In this document: piece after piece, positions 1-62,552 of the stretch | How positions within the stretch are numbered: position 1 is the stretch's first letter | How the letters are laid out: each line of letters begins with the position of its first letter | Assembly (NCBI GenBank): GCA_051294375.1 | Contig: CM119264.1 | Location: 31,510,470-31,574,469, forward strand | DNA from: Paraspadella gotoi | Taxonomy: Eukaryota; Animalia; Chaetognatha | Reading direction: 5' to 3' | Length of the DNA: 64,000 nucleotides | Position numbers and translations under genes: made by a program | Notes under the pieces: model-generated | What the model was told of the DNA's origin: nothing | The model's input: only the letters and a program-made list of their open reading frames with translations | The model's database searches: none

Positions 1-461
1 CCAAGGTGATGTTAAATTTATAATGCTGATTTGCTTTTTGCCATTTTATTTATTGTGCCCTGGCTTAAGATTGTTTAACCAGGTGATGTTAAATTTATAA
101 AGCTGATTTGCTTTTTTGCTACTTTGTTTATTGTGCGCCTGGCAAAGATTGTTTAACCAAGGTGATGTTAAATTTTAATGCTGATTTGCTTTTTGCCACT
201 TATTTGATTGGTGCCTGCGCTTAAGATTGTTTAACCGAGGTGATGTTAAATTTATAAAGCTGATTTTCTTTTTACCATTTTATTTATTGTGCCCTGGCTT
301 AAGATTGTTTAACCGAGGTGATGTTAAATTTATAAAGCTGATTTGCTTTTTGCTACTTTGTTTATTGTGCCTGGCTTAAGATTGTTTAACCAAGGTGATG
401 TTAAATTTATAATGCTGATTTGCTTTTTGCCACTTTATTTATTGTGCCCTGGCTTAAGATT
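1..461. repeat. Tandem repeat, ~78-bp unit, ~6 copies (runs off the window start)
   Basis: ccaaggtgatgttaaatttata recurs at about 1, 79, 157, 235, 313 and 390. Confidence 0.95.
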
Positions 462-1298
462 GGATAATGATGATAATGATTTTAGAAAAGAAGATGCAAA
501 AATAAAAAATTGTTTTCATGGACGCTCATTAAGTTTACTTTCAGAAAATGGGTATTTAGTATAATAACAATTCAGCATATGATGTTAGATGCATAAAGTA
601 CTTTTTACTTATGAAACTGCAGCTCAGAAGTCAGAACCATTGCCAACATAATTCTGTCAAACCAGCTTCATATCTGTAACATTTTTTCAATTAAAAACTA
701 TCAAATTGTCTCAAATACGGAAGGACTACAATGAAAATATGTTAGGAAAGGCCTATGACAATCCTTATACCATGGTGACGTATAATTATTTAACCAAATA
801 GCTGAAAAAAATATATTGGGTATTTTGAACAATTTGAATATTTCAAAATTAATAAAAAATTATTTCTAACATTTGCTTTGAGTGCAAATAAATTGAGGTA
901 CAGTAAATGAATATTTTTATAACTGTACTAATTCAACAATTCTGTAACAGTTCCTTTGAGACACTCGGTAAAGATAAAAGTAAAAAAAAATAGAAAGAAA
1001 GAGAAATGAGATAAAAATTTAAAATTAAATTAATAAAATAAAAAATTGTTTTTTTGAGAAACAAAAAGAGATAGAGTTCATTAAAGTCAAGTCTTCGTTA
1101 AGCTTTACAATTTTGATATTGCTTAATTTTAACGATTATAAGTTCGAGTTTAAAAACCTCTTCTTTTTTCGTATAAATATCATCTTCATAAAAATGTCTA
1201 AATTTATTCAGTTCTTTTTGACAATTTCGGTTTTTTGTGTTTATCACGTTTCTCATATAACAAATCGTTTTCATATTTCCCTTCACTTTCATATCGCA

Positions 1299-1330
<32 letters not shown>

Positions 1331-1467
1331 GCTCTCTCTCTCTCTCTGCATTTCAACAGCATGCAAGATCTCCGTTTTTTTACAGAGAAAAAAATCATTA
1401 ATTCTTCGCCTAAACCCATCGAAATCCAAGGGGAGTCTTTTTCCCTCTGTCCTTTTTCTCCTTAAAG

Positions 1468-1507
<40 letters not shown>

Positions 1508-1960
1508 TTTTACAAAAGGATTCTCTCTTGATCCGATGTTAAATTCTTTAAAACGAAATTCGTGTCTTGAATTTTGTTGATTTTCGTTAAAACTTGAGAT
1601 AATTAATTCTTAACAAATAAAGATTAACAAAGTAATGAATCAAATGAAAATAAAACAAAATTTTAAAAAATCTCTAAACAAAATAAAAAAGAACCAGCTT
1701 GGAGGTTTGCCACACCCCCAAGGCGGCTTCCGGCCATCCTCACTCTTCCCATAGGGTAGGTACCGGGTTGGGATTGAACCCGGTCAGGAGCTAATGGCTT
1801 TAATCAATGAGTCACCGGGTCAGAACTCAAAGTATCAAGCTTATAGGGGGGGGGGTGAACCTCGGCAATGACCGACTGCAAAAATAAATATATAGAATTA
1901 TTTGTCTGTAAAAAACTAGATGGTTGAATGAATAAATAAATGAATAAATGAATAAATGAA

Positions 1961-1991
<31 letters not shown>

Positions 1992-2015
1992 AATAAATTA
2001 TCCGGATTACCCAAT

Positions 2016-2513
2016 AGGGCGTAGTGAAAGTTACATACGGTAATTCTAAAGGCCAATTATGAACAACATACCATCAGTGAACATTAATTTGTAAAAAAAA
2101 AATAATTTTATGTTTTTTTAATTTTCGCAGTAGGCTATATTTATATATAGTACTATCCTTATAAAATCGAAAAATTTCAAAATAGGCTTTTTTAAATTTT
2201 GATTGCAGATATAAATTTCTCATCAAAAGTTGATAAAAGAAAATATAAATTATTTTTAAAAATTCTTTCATTAAGTGGGTTAAAAATTAAAAAAACTATA
2301 TTTAATATATAAAAAAATAATTTTCAGATTAAAATATAGCTTTTTAATTTTGATATTTATTGGATTAGTACGAGTATAAATATGACCGACTGCGTAAATT
2401 GTAAAATTTATTATAAATGTTTTTATTACATAAATGTTCATGAGTATAATGTTGTTCATTCCTCACTTTTAGAATTTTAATTAAAGTTAAATTTAAAAAT
2501 TTTACTATGCCTT
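2016..2513. mobile_element. MITE with 10-bp TSD (Mutator/MULE-type non-autonomous element)
   Basis: TIRs agggcgtagtgaaa ... ttttactatgcctt, flanked by the perfect direct repeat attacccaat (2006-2015 and 2514-2523). A second copy is at 46582-47157. Confidence 0.85.
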
Positions 2514-2689
2514 ATTACCCAATCACAGATTCACTCAGACGACTCAATCACTCAATCGCCGAATCACCTCATCACATTCTTTAGGTCCAGCACCGGTGAT
2601 TTACTGGACGAAAGGAAATCACACGCGCAGAGGAAACGCGTCCTTTAATGGAATTTTAACTACATCATCGCTTCACTTCGTACCTAGGT

Positions 2690-3130
2690 GATGTAGTGAA
2701 GATGATGGAGTGAAGATGATGGAGTAAGGATGATGAGTGACAGTGATGGAGTTAGGATGATGTAGTGAGGATGATGGAGTGAGGATGTTTGAGTCACGAT
2801 GATGGAGTGAAGATGATGGAGTAAGAATGATGAGTGACAGTGATGGAGTTAGGATGATGTAGTGAGGATTATGAAGTGAGGATGTTTGAGTCACGATGAT
2901 GGAGTGAAGATGATAGAGTGAAGATGATGGAGTAAGTATGATAGAGTGAAGATGATGGAGTGAGGATGATGAGTGACAGTGATTGAGTGAGGATGATGTA
3001 GTGAGGATGAGGAGTGAGGATTTTTGAGTCACGATGATGGAGTGAGGATAATGGTGTGAAGATGATGGAGTGAGGATGATGGATTGAGGATGATGTAGTG
3101 ATGATGATGTAGTGATGATGATGGAGTGAG
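2690..3130. repeat. Minisatellite (gatgatggagtgag)n, ~14-bp unit
   Basis: Directly visible degenerate tandem array upstream of exon A. Confidence 0.9.
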
Positions 3131-3309
3131 CTTTTTATTTTCTCCTTTGCTTTCCGTTTCTTTGTTTTTCCATTTTTTTCCTTTAGTTTCTTTTCTTTTT
3201 TTTTTCCTTCGACTTATAATTTTCTCCTTTCTTTTATTCTCTTATTTTTTTTTCCTGTTTCTTCTTTTTTTATTCCAACTTTCTCTCCTTTTCTCTGTCT
3301 TCCACACAG

Positions 3310-51934
<48,625 letters not shown>

Positions 51935-53837
51935 AAGAAATTTACCGACAACGGATGTTCAAGACCGACAATATTAATGAGAACTAAAGCTGACAAACAA
52001 TATTGATATCAAATTTGTCAACCACTAAAGTTTAATCTTTTTTTAAGGTTATAAAAATAAATGATAAAAGACGTGTAATTTTTTTTAATTTTTCAGGAAT
52101 TTTTAAATAAAAGTAAATTTTAATGAGGACACCTACGCTTTGTCGTATGTCACGTTTATGATCAATCGTAAATTCAAAATTAATATTTTTTTGTTTTCAG
52201 TCGTTCCTGTTCCCTTCTTCTTCTTCTTCCTCCTCCTCCTCCTCCTCCTCCTCCTCCTTCTCATTCCTGTCGATATCATTCCCCTGTTCTCATTCTTTAG
52301 ATAAAACCGTTTGTCGCATTTTTTTGTTGCAAAGTGTTTAATGTAAGAATGTATTACAAACAAGATTCTCATGTCATTCCACATTTTCTTTTCTTTTTTC
52401 ATAAAAGTTAGAAAATTGAAATCTAGTATCGTTAGAAATTAAACAACATTTAGTATTCTACTAATCGAGGCAACGAAATAATCTTTTTTTAACTGTGATA
52501 TTTTTACATGAATGTCTACAACAAAGTATATATATAATTCAAATTGACTTTCGCTTAGTTATGCTTCTTTAATTTTACCTTGTTAAAAAATCTTCAGGTT
52601 TTGACGCAATAAAACAAAAGTCTGATTTATAAAACGAAAGACTGATCCTGGCCAGTATGTCATTCTCCGAAACTACCCGCCCCCTGGTGTGAAGCTTGGA
52701 GCGCCCCGCGGGGCGGCCTACTGGGGCGCTCCCAGAGGGACAAAAACTTTTATGCACTGGGGCTACCTCTATTAGGGTAGTGGAGGACGGAANNNNNNNN
52801 NNAATTTTAATGGGAACAGCATTATTGTGTTAAAATATTTTTTTACAAAAATGTTCTGAACCATGAGTAATTCGCTAATTAATATTATTATATTGCTATA
52901 TAATGTAAAAATTTTTTGATATTTTAAGTTTTTTTAATTGATTCTGATAGATCTTAAAAAGTTAAGCAAAAAATATAATTACATTTTTTTAAAATTTTGA
53001 TGTTTTATTACTAAAAATTGGTGAAAACTTTTAAAATCATCAGATGATGATGATGATGATGATTTTTTAAGGTTTTTCCCAATTTTAACCCACTTATCGT
53101 CAAAATATTTAAAAAAGAATTATACTTTGTGTAGATAACTTTTCATAAGCTATTTTAATCTGCTTTTATAAATGCAAAATTCCAAAAAAAAATTTTGACA
53201 TTTCCTATCTATAAATAAATATTAAAAAATTAATTACTAATGCTTATAGCCATTTTAGAACATTTTGGTCCATTGAAAGTTTTCTCAGAAATGTATGAAG
53301 TTTCATTTGGAAAGGTTCCCAAATCAAACTTCTGACCCACCCCATTGACAAAGTTTGGCTCCAATTAGGGGTAATCCTTTGCAAGATCATTTAAAACCCC
53401 AAGTGGCTAGAAATTATATATCCCTTAGGACTGCATTATCTTTTTATTCTTTATTAATATTTCATATCAATTTTTTTTTATAATTAGATAAATATTTTAA
53501 ATTTTAAAAAAATTATAAAAAAATAAATTAAAAAAAATATCTGTCTATAATCTAGCTCCCACTGAATGATTGCCCGCAGGGTCCGCCCCTTCGGTTTCCC
53601 AGCAAGGAGGATATTCTGAGCGATAACATATCTTTATCCTACCGGTACAACTAGAGGCTAATCACTGGCCAAATTAAAGACAATCAAAGGCCAATCAGAG
53701 GCCAATCAGTGGCTAAACTGAAAACAATCAGAGGACATTATGGACTTATTAGAGAACAATCTCAAGCCAAATTTCTTTATTCATAGAATAAAAAAAAAGA
53801 AATAATGATAAGAAAAGAAGAAAGAGAAGAAGTAACG

Positions 53838-53880
<43 letters not shown>

Positions 53881-56002
53881 GAGAAGAGAAGAAGCAACGG
53901 ACCATAAACGGATGAACTGGATTGAAAATTCTCCAGGATCGAAAAACCTGTTGATTAAATCCTGTTTAAAATCATGTTTCATATCATACACAGTTTATCT
54001 TAAATCTTTTATACTTAGGTTCTTTAATTCTTTACTATTTAAAATATTTAAATATATCTTTTCAGCAACCTCAATGCATGTGGCAAAAAAGCAATACCAG
54101 TTAATATTTTCTCAGATGTTTAAGCTTTATGTTAAATAACATTTTTAAATCTTCCTCAGAGCTTATCTAAGCCAAAGAATTCGTTTTAAAAATAACAAAT
54201 ATATTTATGATATGACTTGTGTCAGTCAAGTCAGCTTAATTTTGAAGACAAATTATTTAAATTAAAAATCAAAATCTTGTTTTCAAATTTTCACTGAAAA
54301 GAGAAACTGGTTTTAAGAAATGCCTTGGTTGAATAAGTCTTTTGATTAACCTCAAGCTTAATTATCTTTCTATTATTGTTGTTTTGGTTCTTTTTAATTC
54401 AATTATATCGTTCATTATATATATATAGCGTAACTATCAACTAAAACTAAAAACAAGGAAATGGACATAAGCAAGTAATTAGAACACATAACTGATAACA
54501 AAGGATATTTTATTTACTGAGTTCATAATTACAAATCATTTATTGCTCACTCGTTTATCAAAACCGATAAAAAAAGCTGAATTAAACAATACTTACAAAT
54601 AGGAAATAAATTTCCAAAACTTTTCTCTAACAGCTCTATAGAAAGGACAGAAATTCTTACTTATGATTAAGCGCCCAAAAAACAAACTCGGAAAAAAAAG
54701 ATAAGAAAAAAGAAAGAAAATAAAAGAAAAGAAAAAAGAAGGCAAGAGAAAAGAAGAGAAAAAAATAGAGAAGAAGAGAAAATAAAAAAGAAAAGAAGAA
54801 AAGAAAAGAAAAGAAAAGAAAAGAAAAGAAAAGAAAAGAAAAGAAAAGAAGAGAAAAAAAAGAGATGAGAGAGTTTCCTCGAAGTCACGAGTCAATGACT
54901 CAAAGTCAAAAATGAAATTAAGATCGAAAAATTTGATGACAAAAAAGAGAAATTTAATTAGGAAGATGAAGAGGACGGGGAATGTGGGGGAGAGGGAGAG
55001 GAAAAGGGGAGAGAGGAGGTGGAGAGGTGGAGGGAGAGAGGGAGAAGGGGGGAGGTAGAGGTGGAGGGAGAGAGGGGGAGAAGGAGAGGTGGAGGGTGAG
55101 AGGGAGTAGAGGAGGAATTGAAATAGAAAGAAGAAGAAAAGACAAAATGAATGATAAGAAATAAGAGGGAATAATTGTAATTATTAAAATGAGAGATAAC
55201 GAAAATATTTAAAGTTACCCGTTGAATTAAAAAATACAGCAGAATTTTTTAAAATTTCATAGAAAGGATTCTCTTATTAGCGGCCTGAATTACTTCTGTA
55301 TTGCAAGAAAAGTGCAACATATGACAAGGGGAGCAACGACGACAACAACGACGACGACTACAACAACAACAATAACAACAGAGCTGATAGAAAATCCCGA
55401 GTCCCTTTTGACGCTTCGCCCAAATTTAAGGGTGAGTCGAAAACCGGTTCGACTTTTCAATGCAAAACTTGATCACTAAACAAAAATCCGATAATTGTTT
55501 TCTTTTTCCTAACAAATTTCTTAACCATTTTTAAATAAAATTTTTAAGTTTGTATAAAAATTAGAATTTATTCATGTTTAATTCAAATTCATTTTTGTGT
55601 GATTTTTTAGCAATATTTTTTTTAAAAATTTGTAGTTCTTATTTTACTTCGTTACAACCTGCCTTTTCAAACGAGTGTTTCTGTTTTATATCATCTTTAT
55701 TTACCAATGACAGAAAATAAATAAGTTCGTGATCTTTTTCTCTCTCTCTCTCATTGACCTAATTTTGTAGTGAATTCACAGTTTTCACTGTAGGAGACAA
55801 CTTGATCACGTGTCAGTTTTTATTCTCCTTTTTTGTCTTTTCTGATTTTTGTGTTCGTTTTGTAAACAAAAATTTTAGGGGATTCTTTTATGTGTGAAAA
55901 CAAAATTGAAGCGAGTAATAGTAAATTGTAATAATAATTCTAAAATTTTCACGCTGTTCGACACAAACAAAAAATTATATTTAAAAAATTAACGAGTTAA
56001 TC

Positions 56003-59000
56003 ATGTGCGACAATGAAGAAGTGAGTATTGGCTATTAAACCCTAACCCTTTTAAGAAATTATACATTAGTAAAACTACATTTTGAATCAAAATATGAGTG
56101 TGATATTTTTAGTTATTTTCTGTTATCTTTTTAGGAACTTCCAACTTCAGCGGGAGAAGAGTTAAAAATTTTTGCAGAGACAACATCGCTCGTCGGTTTA
56201 GCTCACGTTGTTGGCGATCGACAAAGATGGGCGAGGATTTTTTGGGCTTTTGCTTTTATGGGAGCATTGGCTGCTGCTCTTTATCAAGTTGCCTATTTGG
56301 TACAGAAATTCAGAAGGTAAATTAAATTTATTAGGCTAGTTTGTTGGAAAAATCCGGATATGAAAGAAATTAAATCTTAAAAAAACTTATTTAAAAAAAA
56401 TGAAACCAGAAAAAATATATTATACTATATTGTATTTTTTTTAGGTTTGAAGTTGCAACCGAGATTAGTTATCAAACCTCAAAGTTTCAAGCTTTTCCTT
56501 GGATCACAATTTGTAATTTGAATCCAATTCAAGAAAACAAAATTTGGGAAGATGAAGATCTCACAAGGTGAAGTATTTTTTGTGAAACAACAACAACAAC
56601 ATTTCTTCACCTCTTTATATCCTTAAATACTTTAAAAGGTTTCATTGTGTTTCTTTGAAATTAGGTATTAGAGAAAAAGTTAATTATAAAAGCTTAAAAT
56701 AAGATAAGCTTTAGAACAAATTTTAATAAGGACACGATTCAGTCGCAACTATTGAATTTGCGGTAGCCAAGTTTGTTTACATTTTCAATTTTTTTACATA
56801 TTTAATTTATAGGAAAAAGTTTAAATTGCGATTCGGCAACGAATTTATTTAATAGTAATAAACGGACATGTTTCGGTTCGGTTTACAAACCTTCTTCAGC
56901 GCAGTTAAGTCCTTAACTATTAAATAAATTCGTTGCCGAATCGCAATTTAAACTTTTTCCTATGTCCCAAACGCAACGAAAAGAAAGGAAATTATAACAA
57001 CATATTTAATTTATATTCATTCACAATATGTAACTGATTTATTTTTTCCAGGTTGTACCTCTACTATCTTTATCCAGATGATTTTAATGAAACCGAAAAA
57101 GCTGAACTTTTTGGCAAAGAACCAGAAGATCGCTACGATGTTAGTTTAGAATTAGATTAGTAAAATATTTGAAAAATCATAATTTAAGACTATATGATAA
57201 ACTATTTTATTTTTAGCCCTCAAAAGACCCAGAATGCCTTAAATGGGGATTCAATTACACGCACAGTGGAGATTATGATTATGACTATGAAGATGATTCA
57301 AAAGCGCATATAGACTTTGACCTTTTAACGGAAGAGGAATTAGAAGAGTATGAAAGATGCAGACCAATTCAACCAACAGAATCCGATGAAAAAGGTATTT
57401 TTCTTTCTTAATAATTAATAATTAATAATTGAACGTTTCTAAAATTTTGATGCAAGTGCAATGTACAGGATTGAAACCATCTATAAAAAGATTATACCAC
57501 TTCATTCATAGAAAAGCCAAGTGCTTTGTGAATTAATAAACTAGCCAGTGAGTAACTTTTAACTTAAAGTTTGCAGAGTCCTGCTATGTTATCATCTTAT
57601 AGGAGGAATGGAGTCTTAACCCACTATAGCCTGTCCAAAGTTAAATGGATATTTAATATAGTTAATTTACAGTTGTACATATTTACAGCCAAAAGTTTGC
57701 TCCGTGAAAAGCTTTCAACAATGAAATATTCACGATTGGAAAAATTCACTCAATCGAGAGAAGAAATGATAATTTCTTGCGTCTTTAATGGAACCCAATG
57801 TTCTCCCAGGTATTAATGTCTTTAAAAACAGGCTCTCTTTTTCAAAAGCGTCCAATCTCTCTTCCTTAATATCTGATCAAACCCTAAATCTGTAACCAAA
57901 TTCCTAACTTAGACACTAACCTTAATCACTAACCGGAATAACTAACCTTATCCCCTCAATCCTAATTATTAAATAAATCTTTAACTAAATCCCTTAAATA
58001 AACTAACCGAGTTCCTTATCTGAATCCTTAACCTAATTTTTAAACTTAAAAACTTAATAAATTCCGAATTAAAGAGTGAAAAGCGGCTTTTTTAAAAAAA
58101 ATAGCCAAAAAACATCTTAAAAATATCATGCTAGAATGAAACAATCACATAAGTAAACATTTCACAGAGATTTTCGATATGTTCCATCTGAGCGCTATGG
58201 ACGATGCATACAATTTCCACGGGCGGGGTCAAGATTTGCCAAATTTACTGGACCGGCAGCTGGATTAGAACTCTTGCTTTTCCTTAACACTAAGGAGTAT
58301 TCGTTCTCTAGCAACATTGGTAAAGTTTGTACTAGTAAAATTTATCATTAATAAAAATCTTTTTGAAAATAAATATGTGTAGGATTAATAATACTGATCA
58401 CACAACCATATTGATTTGAAATAAGCTTGTTACCATATATTTTTAAAAATCTTATATTTGAAATATTTATTTTATTGTTTTATTATTGGTAACATAAAAT
58501 CAAAAGGAAACAATCTTATTAAAGGAAATATAATAGTAATTGTCTTACACATGCCACTATGAAAACCGCGGGTCATTTTTTTTGCTTAATATTAAAGATG
58601 TTGAGTTCCTGGCTCTTTTTCATTCAGGTGCCAGAGTCGAAATTCATCCGCCTAAAACATCCGCTTATCCTTATGAAAATGGATTTTATGTCTCAGCAGG
58701 ATCAATGACATCCATAGCTATGAGAAAGGTTCTATACTAAAGTGGATAAAATACTGTAACAATATAAGCAAATAGAAATAACCACTTATTAATTTTCAGT
58801 TACAATTAATGCGCATGGGTTGGCCTTATGGAAAATGCATTAATATATCTGATGATGAGCAGCTAATGGAAAACTATCCTCATATTTATCGTATGAAGAA
58901 AAGATATAATTTAAAGACTTATTCTGTTCAGGTACAGATTATATCTTTTAAATATTTCAGAACATTTTATTTAATAATAAATAATTTGTTTTTTTTTACT

Positions 59001-60612
59001 TTCAGGATTGTGAAAGCATTTGCAGGTATGAAGCCATCAAAGCCGGATGTAATTGCCGTGAACGTGTGACTCCTTTTGCTGGACGTGATCCTCAAAAAAA
59101 TAACAACTCATATGAATTTTGTCAACCAGAAGACAGACAATGTGTCCATGATATTAAATCCGCTTTCTCAGGAAAATTAAGTTAGTTTATATTTTTTGAA
59201 AACAAATTAAATATTAGGTTTGATTATTTATAGTGATGAGTATGATAATTATAAAGTAATTATATAGTTCATTTTTTGCTTAGGTTGCGGAAATCTGAAC
59301 TTTCCCTCGGTAGCATCTGATCAGTGTCCCAATGCTTGCTCGTGAGTAAAGCAAGCATAAGCTAATACAATCTTTCAGTTGATTGAAAGTTTTTTTCTTT
59401 AATTGTAGTATTTTTTAATCATTTCTGCGAACGTGTTTTCGGTTAATTATCTGTTCACTTAAAATTAAACAAAGATACTCATTCTTTTCCAGCGAAACGA
59501 CTTACAACTCGGAGATCAGCGCCTCTCATTATCCATCAGATAAAAACTTTTTTGAAGTCGCTGAAACTTTGTCCAAAAATCCAGTGACTCGTAACATATT
59601 CCAACTGCCAAATGAGAGAGAAAGGAAAGCATTGACAAAGTCCTGGTACAATGATAGAGCATTCTGGGATGAGAGGACAACGGACGAATTTGAAGACAAT
59701 GTCAGGTAGACATGGAGACATGCAGATATGGAATTTAATAATGAGATTTTGATGACTAAGTCAAAATATTTATTTCCACTTTAAATTGCCTGAAGAACTA
59801 TTGTTTTCATTCCTACCTTAGATTGTTGCATTAGTAGTTTTATAGTGTATTTCTAGTAAGAGAATCCGCTCTGGTTAGAATATTTAATCTATGTACATGT
59901 AATGACGGTCTACATTCAGATCCTTTCATCTGAACTAATGTTGTAATTTGTTCTACGTGGGTGGCATAAAACTTGTTATAACTTGAAATAAGAAGGCAAT
60001 TTTATCTCCGTCAATCAGATTAGCTTTTTTTATATTACTTTTTGAAACAAACACTGAATTTAATTTATTATGATAACAGAACAGAAAAAGAAAACATCTG
60101 TCTTTCTATTATCCATTTTTCCCATAGTCGCTTTGTCAATACTTTTCCCCCAATTTGCTGAATCAAGTCGGAGGTCATGTCGTGGAGTTATATTGTAACA
60201 TTAAATAATTTGTTTTCTTGTTACAGGCACGATTTGGTCCGAGTCCGAATTTTCTATAAAATTCTCAATTACGAACTCATAAAAGAAAAACCTAATTATG
60301 AGGTAAAACAAATTTTTTTCATTTGTTTTGCTTTAAACTTTAATTTTCCCCAGTGCACGCTAACACGTAACGAATTTGCACACAACTTGCACATTCAAAC
60401 GCACGCACTAAAAATGACCCTTTCCTTTTCAGTTCATCAACCTCGTTTCAGATCTCGGAGGCAACACTGGTCTATGGGTTGGGTTCTGTGTTTTGACCCT
60501 CGTGGAATGGATCGTATTGGTTGTCAATCTAGCGATGGTTTTTTGTTGTGGTTTGGCCAAATCTGGCCGCTCAACTCCAGCCAAAGTCTTTAATGATTCC
60601 GGACAGATTTAA
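56003..60612 (+). CDS. DEG/ENaC (amiloride-sensitive sodium channel / ASIC-like family) subunit, 598 aa; exons 56003-56020, 56135-56316, 56445-56567, 57052-57139, 57217-57394, 57689-57809, 58168-58319, 58628-58728, 58800-58931, 59006-59180, 59284-59341, 59493-59705, 60227-60302, 60433-60612
   Basis: 13 GT-AG introns with matching phases; 1797 nt open to TAA. Family motifs: FAETTSLVG, TM1 RIFWAFAFMGALAAALYQV, FPWITICNLNP, MIISCVFNGTQC, YGRCIQF, GLELLL, GARVEIH, PYGKC, a Cys-rich thumb (CESIC..CNC..C..C..CPNAC), and TM2 LVSDLGGNTGLWVGFCVLTLVE. Confidence 0.95.
56812..56999. mobile_element. Miniature inverted Penelope-like insertion in ENaC intron 3
   Basis: 16-bp direct repeat acatatttaatttata at 56796-56811 and 57000-57015. 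Perfect 48-bp inverted arms at 56809-56856 and 56916-56963. The tail caacgaaaagaaaggaaattataac matches the end of the copy at ~39637 in reverse complement. Confidence 0.8.
56862..56902 (-). ncRNA. Minimal type I hammerhead ribozyme
   Basis: Minus strand GCG-CUGAAGA-A-GGUU-uguaaaccg-AACC-GAAAC-AU-GUC^CGU. Confidence 0.8.
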
Positions 60613-62072
60613 TTTTTTTTCTTTGTCTTATTATTATCGTCAACTTCATTCGCAATCGCGAGGATGGAACTTGGTTCCCCAAATTACAGGATGTTTCCAT
60701 TCATGCGTTTTATAAATTTATTCCAAAAGATTTTGTTTGAACAATGTCTGATTTAACAGTTTAGGGTAGATACATAACATAACATCACCGCAGGACATTG
60801 TATGAACATTAGGGCGGATCATATGCATATATAATTTTCCAAAATATGTTGCCTGTCGGTGATTCCTTTACCTAATGTAGTTTTATTTGATATCACAATA
60901 ATAATTTCCAAAAAAATATTCAGGATCCATTGCAGATTTTACAATTTTTGAAAAAATAATCAAGTGTGATCTGTGATTGGTGGAAATTGGTCACGTGACC
61001 ATCAAATTTTAGTTTTGGTATTATTTTTACTTAATAAAAGGTTGTTTCTCAGTTAAGTAATGGAAATTTTATGTATTTAAAGCAATACATTAAGATTTAT
61101 GAACAATATCAAAAAAAATAAGCGAGAAAAAGAAATAAATAAAGCCCCTGACCGGACATTCAGGGGTGGGACTCTATATCGAGAAAAATTTAAAAAATCA
61201 TTTCTCTAAAACTCTTAATATTTTTAAAATCTGAAAAAAATATTCGTATAATACTCTCACTTAGCTTTTAGACGATATATTAATTATTTTGAAATTCTTT
61301 GATATAATGCTTTTTTTGATGCAGCAAAGGCAACTGCTCAGTTTTCTCCGCCCGGTTTGGAAGAAAAATGTTTGAATACTTATTGTTTAATCTCATTCTA
61401 ATACATAACAGTTAAAAATATTTTTGGAAGTACTTATTTGTAGTATAATAATGCTTCTGGCAAGGTGTACATGGCATTTTTTTTCAAAAAATTTTAAAGT
61501 AAGCAGGTAAGGTTTGGTTAAGTTACTGTTATGGTTTAATTTTTATTAAAACTTACTTTTTTCAAAAAAATTATTAACGATATTGTTAGATAATTAAATA
61601 AGTCATGTAAGATTTGTGAATGCATAATAAAAGTGAAAAAAGGTAAGAATAATTTAAGCATATTCGTTATAATCTTCCTCAAATTTTGTTTTACTTACCT
61701 AAAAACAAATGAAATAAGTTTAATATAAATAATGATAAAAAGCTTAAAGCTTACATAACACTGTCAAGTTAAGAAAATACTACTGAAAAATATTAACAAG
61801 TATGGTTTTTATCGTATGCATTACAATGCGCGCGCATAAAAACGACGAACTGTTTTGAAAACATCCACAACGCCTTGTAGTTGCTTAAAAAAATTAAATT
61901 TAATAGAAAAAAGCCAGAAAAAACTTTTGCTAATAATTTTATTATTGTATCTCAAATCGTTCAGACAGGGCAGGACGTTAAGTTTTGTCTCGATATAGGG
62001 TCCCACCTCTGTAAAATCGACTTATCTCTCTTTCTTATTTTCTCCCTTTCTCTCTCTCTATCTCTCTTTCTT

Positions 62073-62103
<31 letters not shown>

Positions 62104-62552
62104 GAAGAAGAATTTTATCTTCTCGCACGCGGAAACTAACGTTCAAGCGTCCCACGTCCAAAAATGAGTCGACAAGAGTTTCAAAATGAGAGAAAATAGG
62201 AAAAAAACATGGTTTAGAAACTCATAGAAACAAGTTACAGACGGACGATCGTGATTTGGTCATAAAAACGAATGAAAACAGAACCGTTTCTTAGTAAAAC
62301 ATCGATTCAACCTCAGCAAAAATTGACGTATAGAGAGAAATTTGTACTTATCTAGTCACAAGTGATAGAAGGAGAAGGCAAGGCTAGATATTCTTCACTT
62401 TCATTTAAAAATTGTAAATTTAAGATAAAAAAATGAAATGAAATTACGGATTTCCCATTTAATAATTTAAGATCCAGATTTTTTTCCTTCATCAAAATTG
62501 AGGAGTAACTTTGCTATCGCCTCCTTGTTCTGAACTCCATAAAAGAGTCACT

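Noticed and set aside
1-461. 78-bp repeat contains CAAG|GTGATG, possibly another exon-end/donor array
   Set aside because: The phase-2 frame needed to join exon A has an in-frame TAA in most copies, and the start of the array is outside the window, so it cannot be supported.
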